Source of the DNA: a virus
Length of the DNA: 50,124 nt
Strand: one strand, 5' to 3'
IMG/VR virus record: IMGVR_UViG_3300026288_000005
Location: 1-50,124 of that record
The notes below the pieces were generated by a model, which saw only the letters and a program-made list of their open reading frames with translations, did not search any database and was not told where the DNA came from. Positions 9,230 to 17,274 of this stretch are shown piece after piece (position 1 is the stretch's first letter; every line of letters starts with the position of its first letter). Made by a program: the position numbers and the translations under genes.

Positions 9230-9562
9230 TCAGTTCTTGAATATTGCAATCAGCTTGCCGGTGACCTCTTGCAGCTTAAGCTGTGTCACTGTACCGGCTA
9301 CGCGAGTAATAAGAGCACTATCCGCAGTAAACAGGTGATTAGGACGTATGAACGACGGGTGCGGGAGACCTCCGCTGCTGAAGTCATGGCCATTAAGCGG
9401 AACACTGTACTCGTCGTTCCGCTTCACTGTTGTAATCTGGCATAGAATCAAGTCGTCGCCAATTAGAGAAGCAACGACCAAAGCGGGGCGGCTCTTGGTA
9501 GATGTGAGATCAGAGAACGGAAAAGGAAGAACTACAACTTGGCCCTTTACAAATCTGCCCAT
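9230..9562 (-). CDS. mazF: PemK/MazF-family mRNA interferase toxin
   Basis: GQVVVLPFPFSDLTSTKSRPALVV...ILCQITT...GGLPHPSFIRP. Confidence 0.9.
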   Translation of the reverse strand: MGRFVKGQVVVLPFPFSDLTSTKSRPALVVASLIGDDLILCQITTVKRNDEYSVPLNGHDFSSGGLPHPSFIRPNHLFTADSALITRVAGTVTQLKLQEVTGKLIAIFKN

Positions 9563-9882
9563 GCTTCATTATCTTCAGGGGAGTTCCAGTCTCGGCTAAG
9601 GACAGCTTCACTCAGTATCATGCTAATGTAAGATGAATCGAGAAGTTCCATCTGAGTCGCTAAAGGCAAGCTATGCTCTGGTAGCTGAATGCCTGCTTGA
9701 GTCCAGTTATAGTTAGCTGCATTTGCAGGGGTTCGTACAGTAAAAGTGTTACTTGCAACCCATGAAACGCCCACCATAGGACTAGTACTTACCTGCATGA
9801 AAGGCCCCAAGGCCATAATCATAGATTCTTGTACTACAGTTGAATATCCTAATTTTTGAGTTGAGTAACTTGCTTTTGGCAT
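9547..9882 (-). CDS. probable antitoxin partner of MazF with long N-terminal extension
   Basis: Acidic C-terminus SEAVLSRDWNSPEDNEAWADL overlaps the toxin start; GAGG SD. Confidence 0.65.
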   Translation of the reverse strand: MPKASYSTQKLGYSTVVQESMIMALGPFMQVSTSPMVGVSWVASNTFTVRTPANAANYNWTQAGIQLPEHSLPLATQMELLDSSYISMILSEAVLSRDWNSPEDNEAWADL

Positions 9883-9901
9883 AGTAATCCTCACTTCAAG
9901 T

Positions 9902-11026
9902 TCAATTTTTTGCTAGCGCAGTGTTCTCCTGGAAAATCCACTTTTGTGATTTAGGCGTTACATTAAGCTGGATATTCATGTCCGGCAAACGTACTGCTCG
10001 AATTTCACCCTTTTGGCGAAAGTGACTATAACTCCTTCGACTCTCAACTGCAGCAAAAAGGACAGTAAAGTCCACTGGAACAACCGAGTAAACATTGATT
10101 TGCTGCAATACTTGGTTCAAAACCTGTTGCATAACTGACGGCGGCAAATTTGATGGTATATTTATAAAGTTAGTCGTTGCAAGAGCATCAGCAGCGGCTG
10201 GATTTGTGGACACGATCTCCATCGGATCGAATGGCTCCGAACATTGCATTTCATCCGACAAGGCTTGCCAAACACGCCAGATTAAATCCTGTAAATCGTC
10301 TGAAGGTGCCTCAACTGCAAGACGCAATCCCTTTGCCTCTTTAAAGCCGACAGAGTAGCCATGATGGTAATAAGAACGGTTTAGTGATTCAGCAATTGTG
10401 CGAGCTTCCTCCCTATCATCCGTATGCAATGTCAGTAATCTCTCGCTTAATGAAAGCATTAACTGAGAACTGCGCTTCGCGTTTCCGATCGCAAGCGCGC
10501 CGACGTCTTTGCACAAGAGTTCAAATGCTTTTTCGAGTTGCTCCTCACCAGCTAAACCGACGTTCTCTTTGACAAAGTTCAAGTAATGAACCAAATCTTC
10601 CGCGCCGAACTGACTAATTTGTTGCGCTTGACCATCTTCGGAACGCCGTGCAGATGTCAACTGGGGGTCCACTGGTCCCAGACTGGCATAGGGATGCATA
10701 ACGATCTTATCTGCCCCAAGTGCCAGTAATGTTGCTGCACTATAAGCTGAGTACGGCAATAACACGTTGTAGCGACTGAATCGCTCTCTAAGCAGACTCG
10801 CAATCCGCCACGCTACAATTGGATCGCCTCCATGACTTACAATTAACAGATCGACTTCTGTAGCATCCTTGGCAACACACGATAGTTGACGGACTACCTC
10901 AGGAATCACATCCGCCGCAATTTGACCACTTGCGTTCGTGCGAAGGCTCGTAACGAAAGTTATCAAGGGAAGTTTCCGGATTTCTTCAATTTGCCTGTAC
11001 AACTCACATCTGTCTAAATAGGCCAT
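9902..11026 (-). CDS. SDH-family ClpP/crotonase-like serine protease
   Basis: LLIVSHGGD, AYSAATLLALGADKIVM, LGPVDPQ, YYHHGY motifs. Confidence 0.88.
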   Translation of the reverse strand: MAYLDRCELYRQIEEIRKLPLITFVTSLRTNASGQIAADVIPEVVRQLSCVAKDATEVDLLIVSHGGDPIVAWRIASLLRERFSRYNVLLPYSAYSAATLLALGADKIVMHPYASLGPVDPQLTSARRSEDGQAQQISQFGAEDLVHYLNFVKENVGLAGEEQLEKAFELLCKDVGALAIGNAKRSSQLMLSLSERLLTLHTDDREEARTIAESLNRSYYHHGYSVGFKEAKGLRLAVEAPSDDLQDLIWRVWQALSDEMQCSEPFDPMEIVSTNPAAADALATTNFINIPSNLPPSVMQQVLNQVLQQINVYSVVPVDFTVLFAAVESRRSYSHFRQKGEIRAVRLPDMNIQLNVTPKSQKWIFQENTALAKN

Positions 11027-11297
11027 ATACTCAATTCCAAATCGCGTTGATAAGACGCTCTGTATTATCGCGCTGTTGTCAATAGACCAAATGTACGAAT
11101 TGGAACAGTCTGGACTAGCAGTGGAGATGCTTACTGAAGGTAAAGTTTTTAAGCTTAGTGCCACCCGAATGAGTTGCAATTGTAACACATTTCTCACAGT
11201 GATATGTAAGCAGTCTTACGTGAATGCCTGGGTGTAGTAAAATGAGTCGGGTGGAATCTCCATTTAGGTGCAAGGTGTCTTCTTCTGGAGAAGCAAA

Positions 11298-12284
11298 GTG
11301 GATACACGCTGGACACTAGACTTTATTCAGCAACTTATTGCCAATCAAGTTGAAGAGAGTCTAACATTGGAGTACAAGGCTGCAAACGCACTTGTGCGCG
11401 ACAGTAAGTCAAGGGACGAGATCACAAAAGATGTCTCTGCAATGGCAAATTCAGCAGGAGGAGTCATCATATATGGATTGCAAGAGAACCGCAACGGAGA
11501 CTTGAGATTACCTGAGAGAATAGATGTGATTGATCAAACTGCTCTATCCAAAGAGTGGCTTGAACAGGTAATTAGCAATGTCCGCCCAAGAATCCAGGAA
11601 CTCAAGATATACTCCCTCCAGGTACACCCAGGACGCGGTATATATGTCGTTGAAATTCCTCAAAGCACGACTGCGCACCAAGCCGCGGATAAAAGGTACT
11701 ATAAACGTTACAACTTCCAGTCGGTTGCTATGGAGGATCATGAGGTGCGTGATGTCATGGGCCGGCAGCAACACCCAAAGATTGTACTTGAATTTAAAGT
11801 TAATAAATTCCGAAGATCCGACCGCCGTAAGTTGCCAGATGGATCGCTTATAGAAAGAGTAGACTACAAACTAATTGTAACTGCTGTAAACGAGGGAACG
11901 ATTTACGCCACGTATGTCAACTGCTTTATGGATGTGCCTCTTATTTGGTATCCTCATCCTATGCAGGAAGTAGTTTCACGCTATCAGAAAACAAAAGTTA
12001 AGGATGGAGTGGAATACCTTGAATGGTCACAGAACAATACAATCAGAGACGTGATCCGTTCTACCCTTGGTGTTGGTGTTCTTGCGGGGGAAGATGAGTT
12101 AGGACCAGCCCGTTACGATCCAATCTTGCCAGGGCTGACGCACAGTTGGGAGATAGAATTGAATGAGAATTTTGAGACGGAAGTGCCGCTAGATTCGAAG
12201 ATAAACTGGGTTGCGTATGCCGACAATGCACGCCCGATACGCGGTGTTATTAATCGAGAAGATATAGAGATCTGCTCTGCCTGA
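11298..12284 (+). CDS. Schlafen AlbA_2 domain protein with unknown C-terminal domain
   Basis: EESLTLEYK..KDVSAMANSAGGVIIYG..VVEIPQS..YYKR; GGAG SD before GTG. Confidence 0.88.
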   Translation: MDTRWTLDFIQQLIANQVEESLTLEYKAANALVRDSKSRDEITKDVSAMANSAGGVIIYGLQENRNGDLRLPERIDVIDQTALSKEWLEQVISNVRPRIQELKIYSLQVHPGRGIYVVEIPQSTTAHQAADKRYYKRYNFQSVAMEDHEVRDVMGRQQHPKIVLEFKVNKFRRSDRRKLPDGSLIERVDYKLIVTAVNEGTIYATYVNCFMDVPLIWYPHPMQEVVSRYQKTKVKDGVEYLEWSQNNTIRDVIRSTLGVGVLAGEDELGPARYDPILPGLTHSWEIELNENFETEVPLDSKINWVAYADNARPIRGVINREDIEICSA

Positions 12285-12311
12285 ATATGCCCCAAGGCAT
12301 GCGGGTGCTCT

Positions 12312-12341
12312 TTGCCAATCACCGCCTCGCCAATCTACAAT
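12312..12341 (+). promoter_or_regulatory. sigma70-type promoter for the methyltransferase
   Basis: TTGCCA-18 bp-TACAAT. Confidence 0.55.
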
Positions 12342-12349
12342 AGCACAGC

Positions 12350-12461
12350 AAAAAGAAGAGGACACCCGCGGCTGGTAATCGACAGGTGTCCTCCGGTTCG
12401 CCATAGGCTGGCGTCTTTGTTTGTCAGCCCCAGGGTATCACACCCGAAAGCCCGCGGTCAA
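12350..12461 (-). ncRNA. candidate small antisense RNA unit (promoter, hairpin, terminator)
   Basis: TTGACC-18-TACCCT with extended TG; GGCTG..CAGCC hairpin; GAGGACACC..GGTGTCCTC then TTCTTTTT. Confidence 0.4.
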
Positions 12462-12462
12462 C

Positions 12463-14112
12463 ATGCGCAACACCCTATACTACGGGGACAATCTCGCCAT
12501 TCTGCGCGAGCACATCCCCAGTGAATCGGTTGATCTCGTCTACCTCGACCCGCCCTTCAACAGCAACCGCAACTACAACGTGCTTTTCCGGCACGAAAGC
12601 GGCGGCGACAGCATGGCCCAGGTGCAGGCGTTTGACGACACCTGGCACTGGAACCAGCACACCGAGGCCACCTACCGCGAACTGACCACCCGCAGCCGCC
12701 CCGAAGTCGGCGCCATGATTGCCGCCCTGCACGAGTTCATCGGCGAAAACCAGATGATGGCCTACCTGGTGATGATGGCCGCCCGCCTGGTCGAGCTGCA
12801 CCGGGTGTTGAAGCCGACCGGCAGCCTATACCTGCACTGCGATCCGACAGCAAGTCACTACTTGAAGATTCTGCTCGATACGGTATTTGGGGTACAGAAC
12901 TATCGTAACGAGGTTGTTTGGAAGCGCACAAACGCACACAATGATGCCGCACGGAAGTTTCCAGACGTTAGCGACAGTATTTTCTTCTACTCCAAGTCAG
13001 GCGTCTATACTTTCAACGTCCAGCACTTGCCATACTCTGAGCAGCATATCGCAAACAGCTATCGCAACGTTGACGCAGAGGGGCGGCGCTATGCTTCTCG
13101 CGACCTACGCAGCCCTAACCCAAGGCCAAACCTGACCTATGATTACAAGGGGTACAAGCCACATCAAAATGGTTGGTCAATATCGCGAGAGTTAATGGAG
13201 AAGTACGACCGAGACGGGCGGCTAATTTTCCCTTCCAGCACAGAAGGCCGCATACGCCTAAAGGTCTATCTCGACGAAATGCCCGGCGTGCCTGCTAGCA
13301 ATGTATGGGAGGATATTCCCCCCATTCAAGCCTCTGCCGGCGAACGCCTCGGCTACCCCACGCAAAAGCCCGTGGCCCTCCTGGAGCGCATCATCAGCGC
13401 CAGCAGCAACCCCGGCGATGTCGTGCTTGACCCGTTCTGCGGCTGCGGCACAACCGTCGCCGCTGCGCAGAAGCTGGGCCGCACCTGGTTGGGGATCGAC
13501 ATCACCCACCTCGCCATTGCGCTGCAAAAGTACCGGCTGAAAGCCGCCTTCGGTCTGCTCGACCGCAAAGACTACGATGTGATAGGCGAGCCAGCTGACC
13601 TGGCCGGCGCGCATCAACTCGCCAGCGAGGACCGCTACCAGTTCCAGTGGTGGGCGCTTTCGCTCATCCAGGCCCAGCCGTTGGGGGGCGACGGCGAGAG
13701 CAAGCGCGGCAAGAAGGGCGCAGACGGCGGCATAGACGGCGTGATCGCCTTTATCGACGACGCCAGCGGCAAGCCCAAGCGCGTGATCGTCCAGGTCAAG
13801 AGCGGGCACGTCAGCAGCGCCACCGTGCGCGACCTGCGCGGCGTGGTCGAGCGCGAGAAAGCCGCCATCGGCGTGCTGATCACCCTGGAGCCTCCAACCG
13901 CACCGATGGTCACCGAGGCAGCCCGCGCCGGCGTCTACCAATCGTTCCACTGGGGCGAGTTCCCGCGACTGCAAATCCTCACCGTCGAGAACCTGCTGAA
14001 TGGCCGGCAACGCCTGCTAATGCCGCCGCAAGGCCAGACTGCCGTCACGTTCAAACAGGCGCAGCGGGAGGAAGGCGAGAAGCCGGCGCAGCCGGGATTG
14101 GGGTTGGAATGA
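12463..14112 (+). CDS. beta-class N6A/N4C DNA methyltransferase fused to an Mrr-like PD-(D/E)XK domain
   Basis: YLDPPF before YPTQKP and DPFCGCGTT; C-terminal ADGGIDG...IVQVKSG. Confidence 0.9.
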   Translation: MRNTLYYGDNLAILREHIPSESVDLVYLDPPFNSNRNYNVLFRHESGGDSMAQVQAFDDTWHWNQHTEATYRELTTRSRPEVGAMIAALHEFIGENQMMAYLVMMAARLVELHRVLKPTGSLYLHCDPTASHYLKILLDTVFGVQNYRNEVVWKRTNAHNDAARKFPDVSDSIFFYSKSGVYTFNVQHLPYSEQHIANSYRNVDAEGRRYASRDLRSPNPRPNLTYDYKGYKPHQNGWSISRELMEKYDRDGRLIFPSSTEGRIRLKVYLDEMPGVPASNVWEDIPPIQASAGERLGYPTQKPVALLERIISASSNPGDVVLDPFCGCGTTVAAAQKLGRTWLGIDITHLAIALQKYRLKAAFGLLDRKDYDVIGEPADLAGAHQLASEDRYQFQWWALSLIQAQPLGGDGESKRGKKGADGGIDGVIAFIDDASGKPKRVIVQVKSGHVSSATVRDLRGVVEREKAAIGVLITLEPPTAPMVTEAARAGVYQSFHWGEFPRLQILTVENLLNGRQRLLMPPQGQTAVTFKQAQREEGEKPAQPGLGLE

Positions 14113-14462
14113 GCGGCTGGGAGTGGTTGGCAGGAGGGATTGTTGTTGGCGTCGTGCTCGGGGGCGTAGTAGGTTATCTGGTGGGCAATGAAGTCGCCTG
14201 GAGACAGAGACCGGCGCGCCACGCAAAGCAAGTCGCTGAGTTGCATGCAGCAATCGCAGACCTGAACCGACAACTCATTGCGGCCCAGGATGAATCTGCA
14301 ATAAATCGGCAACTTTGGATGCATGTCTCCAATGAGGCCACTGGAGCCGCCCAAATCCTTTTTGACAACCTCGCTGCGGTCACGTCTGCAATCGGGGATA
14401 CGCCTCAGTACCAGGAGCTAGTGAGGTGGGCCGCGTCGAGAACGCGCTACGGGGTAAAGTAG
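14109..14462 (+). CDS. single-TM coiled-coil hypothetical protein
   Basis: ATGA overlap with MTase stop; hydrophobic N-terminus. Confidence 0.6.
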   Translation: MSGWEWLAGGIVVGVVLGGVVGYLVGNEVAWRQRPARHAKQVAELHAAIADLNRQLIAAQDESAINRQLWMHVSNEATGAAQILFDNLAAVTSAIGDTPQYQELVRWAASRTRYGVK

Positions 14463-14483
14463 CAGGAGTAACGTCCGCTACCC

Positions 14484-14813
14484 CTACCACTCCGTCCACC
14501 CAAACCAAAGCATCCCCGCGCGCAGCAGGAGCCGGGCCGCATACGCGAACGGCACAGCCAGCAGCAGCGTCCCGGCCACCAGCAGCAGGCGCAGCGCCAG
14601 CGCGATCTCAGCGCGCGGGATGACCGGAGCAGGCCCCGCAGATATTGCGAGCAGCCCGAAATAGAAAACCATGACAAACAGCCCGCCAGCGCCCGCCAGC
14701 AGCCAGGGAAAGCGCAGGCCGAGCCACCAGGCATACATGGTGATCATCCCGAAAGCGAGAAACATTACGCTGGCGAGAGTGGCGGACTCGAACGCCAAGG
14801 CGCTTGTGTGCAT
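14484..14813 (-). CDS. 3-TM membrane protein, last gene of the late operon (holin-like topology)
   Basis: TAATG coupling to the CHAT gene; three hydrophobic helices. Confidence 0.65.
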   Translation of the reverse strand: MHTSALAFESATLASVMFLAFGMITMYAWWLGLRFPWLLAGAGGLFVMVFYFGLLAISAGPAPVIPRAEIALALRLLLVAGTLLLAVPFAYAARLLLRAGMLWFGWTEW

Positions 14814-15457
14814 TACATCCTCCCGGCCAGGGCATTGATCAGCAGCGTCAGCAGCCCGCTGGCAGTAAGCAGCCCCAGCCCCATCATTACAGCCTGTCGC
14901 GTCGTGATCGTCAAGGAGCGCGACCCGGCCACGTTAGCCGCCGCCGTCGTCGCCTCCTCCAGCCGGCCCAGGTAATCCGGATCGACCTGCAATCCATAAT
15001 CGCCGTCGCCGCTGTCGGCGTTCCGAAACGCCGCCACAATGTCGTCACTGTGCCCATTTTGCAGCGACTCGTAAAACGCCATCGGCAGCTTCCAGGCATC
15101 CGCGTCCGGCAGATTGATATTGCTGTGGATGGCATAGCGCACACCGTGTCGCACCGCATAGGACGCCAGTGCGCCCGACAGGCACGAATTGAAAAACAGC
15201 AACTTCGTGTGCTTTAGCCGCGCCACCTGCGCCACATCCTCCGGCGTGAGGATGACGCCGTTGGACAGGTGCACCCCCTCCGGCCCCGAATGAGCCGCGT
15301 AGTGTATGCCCTGAAAGGCCGTGTCCCGCGCGCACTGGTACAAATCCGCCGGCGTCACCACGCCATGCAGCACCGACATGTGGTGCTGCCGCTGGATCTG
15401 CCTGACCTCCGGTATCGTGTTCAAATCCTGGTCAGGGGCAACGACCAGCACGCGCAT
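14813..15457 (-). CDS. CHAT/caspase-like (clan CD) cysteine protease with C-terminal TM anchor
   Basis: IHYAAH56SG and LLFFNSC92 match CHAT H-F-x-G-H and L-x-x-L-N-A-C motifs; hydrophobic C-terminus. Confidence 0.75.
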   Translation of the reverse strand: MRVLVVAPDQDLNTIPEVRQIQRQHHMSVLHGVVTPADLYQCARDTAFQGIHYAAHSGPEGVHLSNGVILTPEDVAQVARLKHTKLLFFNSCLSGALASYAVRHGVRYAIHSNINLPDADAWKLPMAFYESLQNGHSDDIVAAFRNADSGDGDYGLQVDPDYLGRLEEATTAAANVAGSRSLTITTRQAVMMGLGLLTASGLLTLLINALAGRM

Positions 15458-15471
15458 TCGCCGCTCGCAAT

Positions 15472-15798
15472 CTAACTCACGCCTGCCAGGTTCACCACCC
15501 GATAGACGTACTCCGCCGTCACCGCCTCGCCGCCGCCGTACTCCGCCGTCACCGTCACCCGGCGACGCTCATACGGGTTCGCCTCCGCCAGCAGAGCATT
15601 GTCCGCCGGCGTCAGCGTGATCTCGACCGTGCTCCCCGGCGTCGGGATCGCCGTATCCCCGCGCACCACCTGCCCGCTCCCGGCGTCGTCGATGCGATAC
15701 GCAGCCGAGGAAGGGGCCTGTGCGGCCCCCGCCTTGTCGCGAAACGTCACAGACAGATAGGCCGTGCTCCGCTCGTTGACCTGCTCCAGTTCAGCCAT
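15472..15798 (-). CDS. BppU-like baseplate/fibre-associated protein
   Basis: Beta-rich VNERSTAYLSVTFRD..VEITLTPADN..YRVVNL; position after the fibre genes. Confidence 0.55.
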   Translation of the reverse strand: MAELEQVNERSTAYLSVTFRDKAGAAQAPSSAAYRIDDAGSGQVVRGDTAIPTPGSTVEITLTPADNALLAEANPYERRRVTVTAEYGGGEAVTAEYVYRVVNLAGVS

Positions 15799-16697
15799 TA
15801 TTCCACCAAGAACGGCACATCATCAGGCCGCCGCTCTAGCCTCTCAAACAGTGGGTGGCCGCAGCACTCGCAGCGAGGAATCCAAGCCGGCGGATTCTCG
15901 TGGAAGGCGGTGTGTTGGCTGTTACTCTTGAATACCATAAGATTCTCCGGTCGATTGTCGTCAGTTTTGCCGTTAACGTGGTGGACAACTTCCTTGCCTG
16001 CCAACGGTCTGCCGAGCACCTCAGATGCGACTAGCCGATGTTCTGGCACCCAGCCGCCGCCGTTCGCGTTAGGGTGTCGAGGCATCCAGACGAAGATATA
16101 CTCCTTGCCCGAACTACTGCGGCCCTTCTTGCGCCGCTTGAACTCCCTGTCTCCGGCTTGTGGCGTTTTACGGTTGACGGTAATACCCCATCGCTTCAGA
16201 TGTGCCGCAACCGTGCTAGACGTGCATCCAACCATCGCTGCGATTTCCTCTGAGCTTTTACGCTTCACGACCCGCTGTTCATACAGCCAGTCGTGATCGT
16301 AAAGCTCCTCAAACTGCCGAACGTAGCCGCCGCGTGCCACTGTTTTGTTCACCGGAATGCCATGGTGTCGCAGTGCCTTCGTTACAGTTCCAGAAGTACA
16401 ACCAAGCATTACAGCGATCTCGTCTCGTGTTCTGCCCAGCGCGACGTGCTGCTCATGCAACCATTCACGATCATTCAGCTTGTCAATGTCGAAGCTGGGC
16501 AGCTTCTCGTGTCGAATCTTCTGCGCATCCGACAGAGTTCTTCGCTCAATGCCGAAACTCTTGGCCGCCCGATGCACTGAGGTCAGCGATACGCCCAGCA
16601 TTTCAGCGATTGCCTGGAGGGACATGTTCTCGTCTACATACTTGCGATGCAGCCATTCCCGATCACGAAGTTGGGGGTTACGTTTCTGTGGCATCAT
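15798..16697 (-). CDS. free-standing HNH homing endonuclease with three N-terminal HTH-like repeats
   Basis: Three D(R/H)xWL..IAxMxG repeats; EHRLVA..VVHHVNGKTDDNRPENL..H; AT-richer than neighbours. Confidence 0.85.
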   Translation of the reverse strand: MMPQKRNPQLRDREWLHRKYVDENMSLQAIAEMLGVSLTSVHRAAKSFGIERRTLSDAQKIRHEKLPSFDIDKLNDREWLHEQHVALGRTRDEIAVMLGCTSGTVTKALRHHGIPVNKTVARGGYVRQFEELYDHDWLYEQRVVKRKSSEEIAAMVGCTSSTVAAHLKRWGITVNRKTPQAGDREFKRRKKGRSSSGKEYIFVWMPRHPNANGGGWVPEHRLVASEVLGRPLAGKEVVHHVNGKTDDNRPENLMVFKSNSQHTAFHENPPAWIPRCECCGHPLFERLERRPDDVPFLVE

Positions 16698-16756
16698 TCC
16701 TCCTTAAGTTATCGAACCGATAGAGGAATGATACCATGAAACGTAAAGTTACTCAA
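16693..16756 (-). promoter_or_regulatory. HNH gene promoter with RBS-sequestering hairpin
   Basis: TTGAGT-17-TATCAT; ATCATTCCTC pairs with GAGGAATGAT (SD and start). Confidence 0.65.
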
Positions 16757-17274
16757 CTTAGTGATATACTCAAATCTACTGTCCACGTCTGCCCGGCGGC
16801 TTTTGATCCCTGGGCCGAAACCTTCCGGTTGAGGTTCTTGCCCGTGTCCGAGCTTGCATTGACCACCGTGAACTCCTGCCAGGCGAAATTCGCCACGCCC
16901 GACCCGAACACCGACCGGAACGTCACCGTCTGGTTGGTGCGGCTGGGATAGCCCGTCTCCATCCCCGCATACGCCTTGTTTGACGCAGCTTGCAGCGCCG
17001 TCTGCGTTGCGCCCTCCGCCGTGGTGCTGTCCCCCACGCCGATGCGTGCGTTGGCGTTGGAGAAAGCCGTGGGCGCGCCCAGCCCGCACAGCAGGTCGAG
17101 CAGTTCCCCGATCCCCTCGTTGAGCAGCAGATTGCCCTCAACCAGCGACTCCGCCGGCAGCGCCTGCCCATCTGCGCCCACCACCTCCGCCGCCTCGCCA
17201 CGCTCAAACGCCGCCTGGTCAGCATAGCGCCGGATCAACCACTGCGTGCGATAGCTCAATTGTTCCTTGATCAC
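16753..17274 (-). CDS. virion structural/fibre-associated protein
   Basis: GGAGG SD; NLLLNEG..IGVGDS..TALQ..ANFAWQE..LNRKV pattern; tail-region position. Confidence 0.65.
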   Translation of the reverse strand: MIKEQLSYRTQWLIRRYADQAAFERGEAAEVVGADGQALPAESLVEGNLLLNEGIGELLDLLCGLGAPTAFSNANARIGVGDSTTAEGATQTALQAASNKAYAGMETGYPSRTNQTVTFRSVFGSGVANFAWQEFTVVNASSDTGKNLNRKVSAQGSKAAGQTWTVDLSISLS

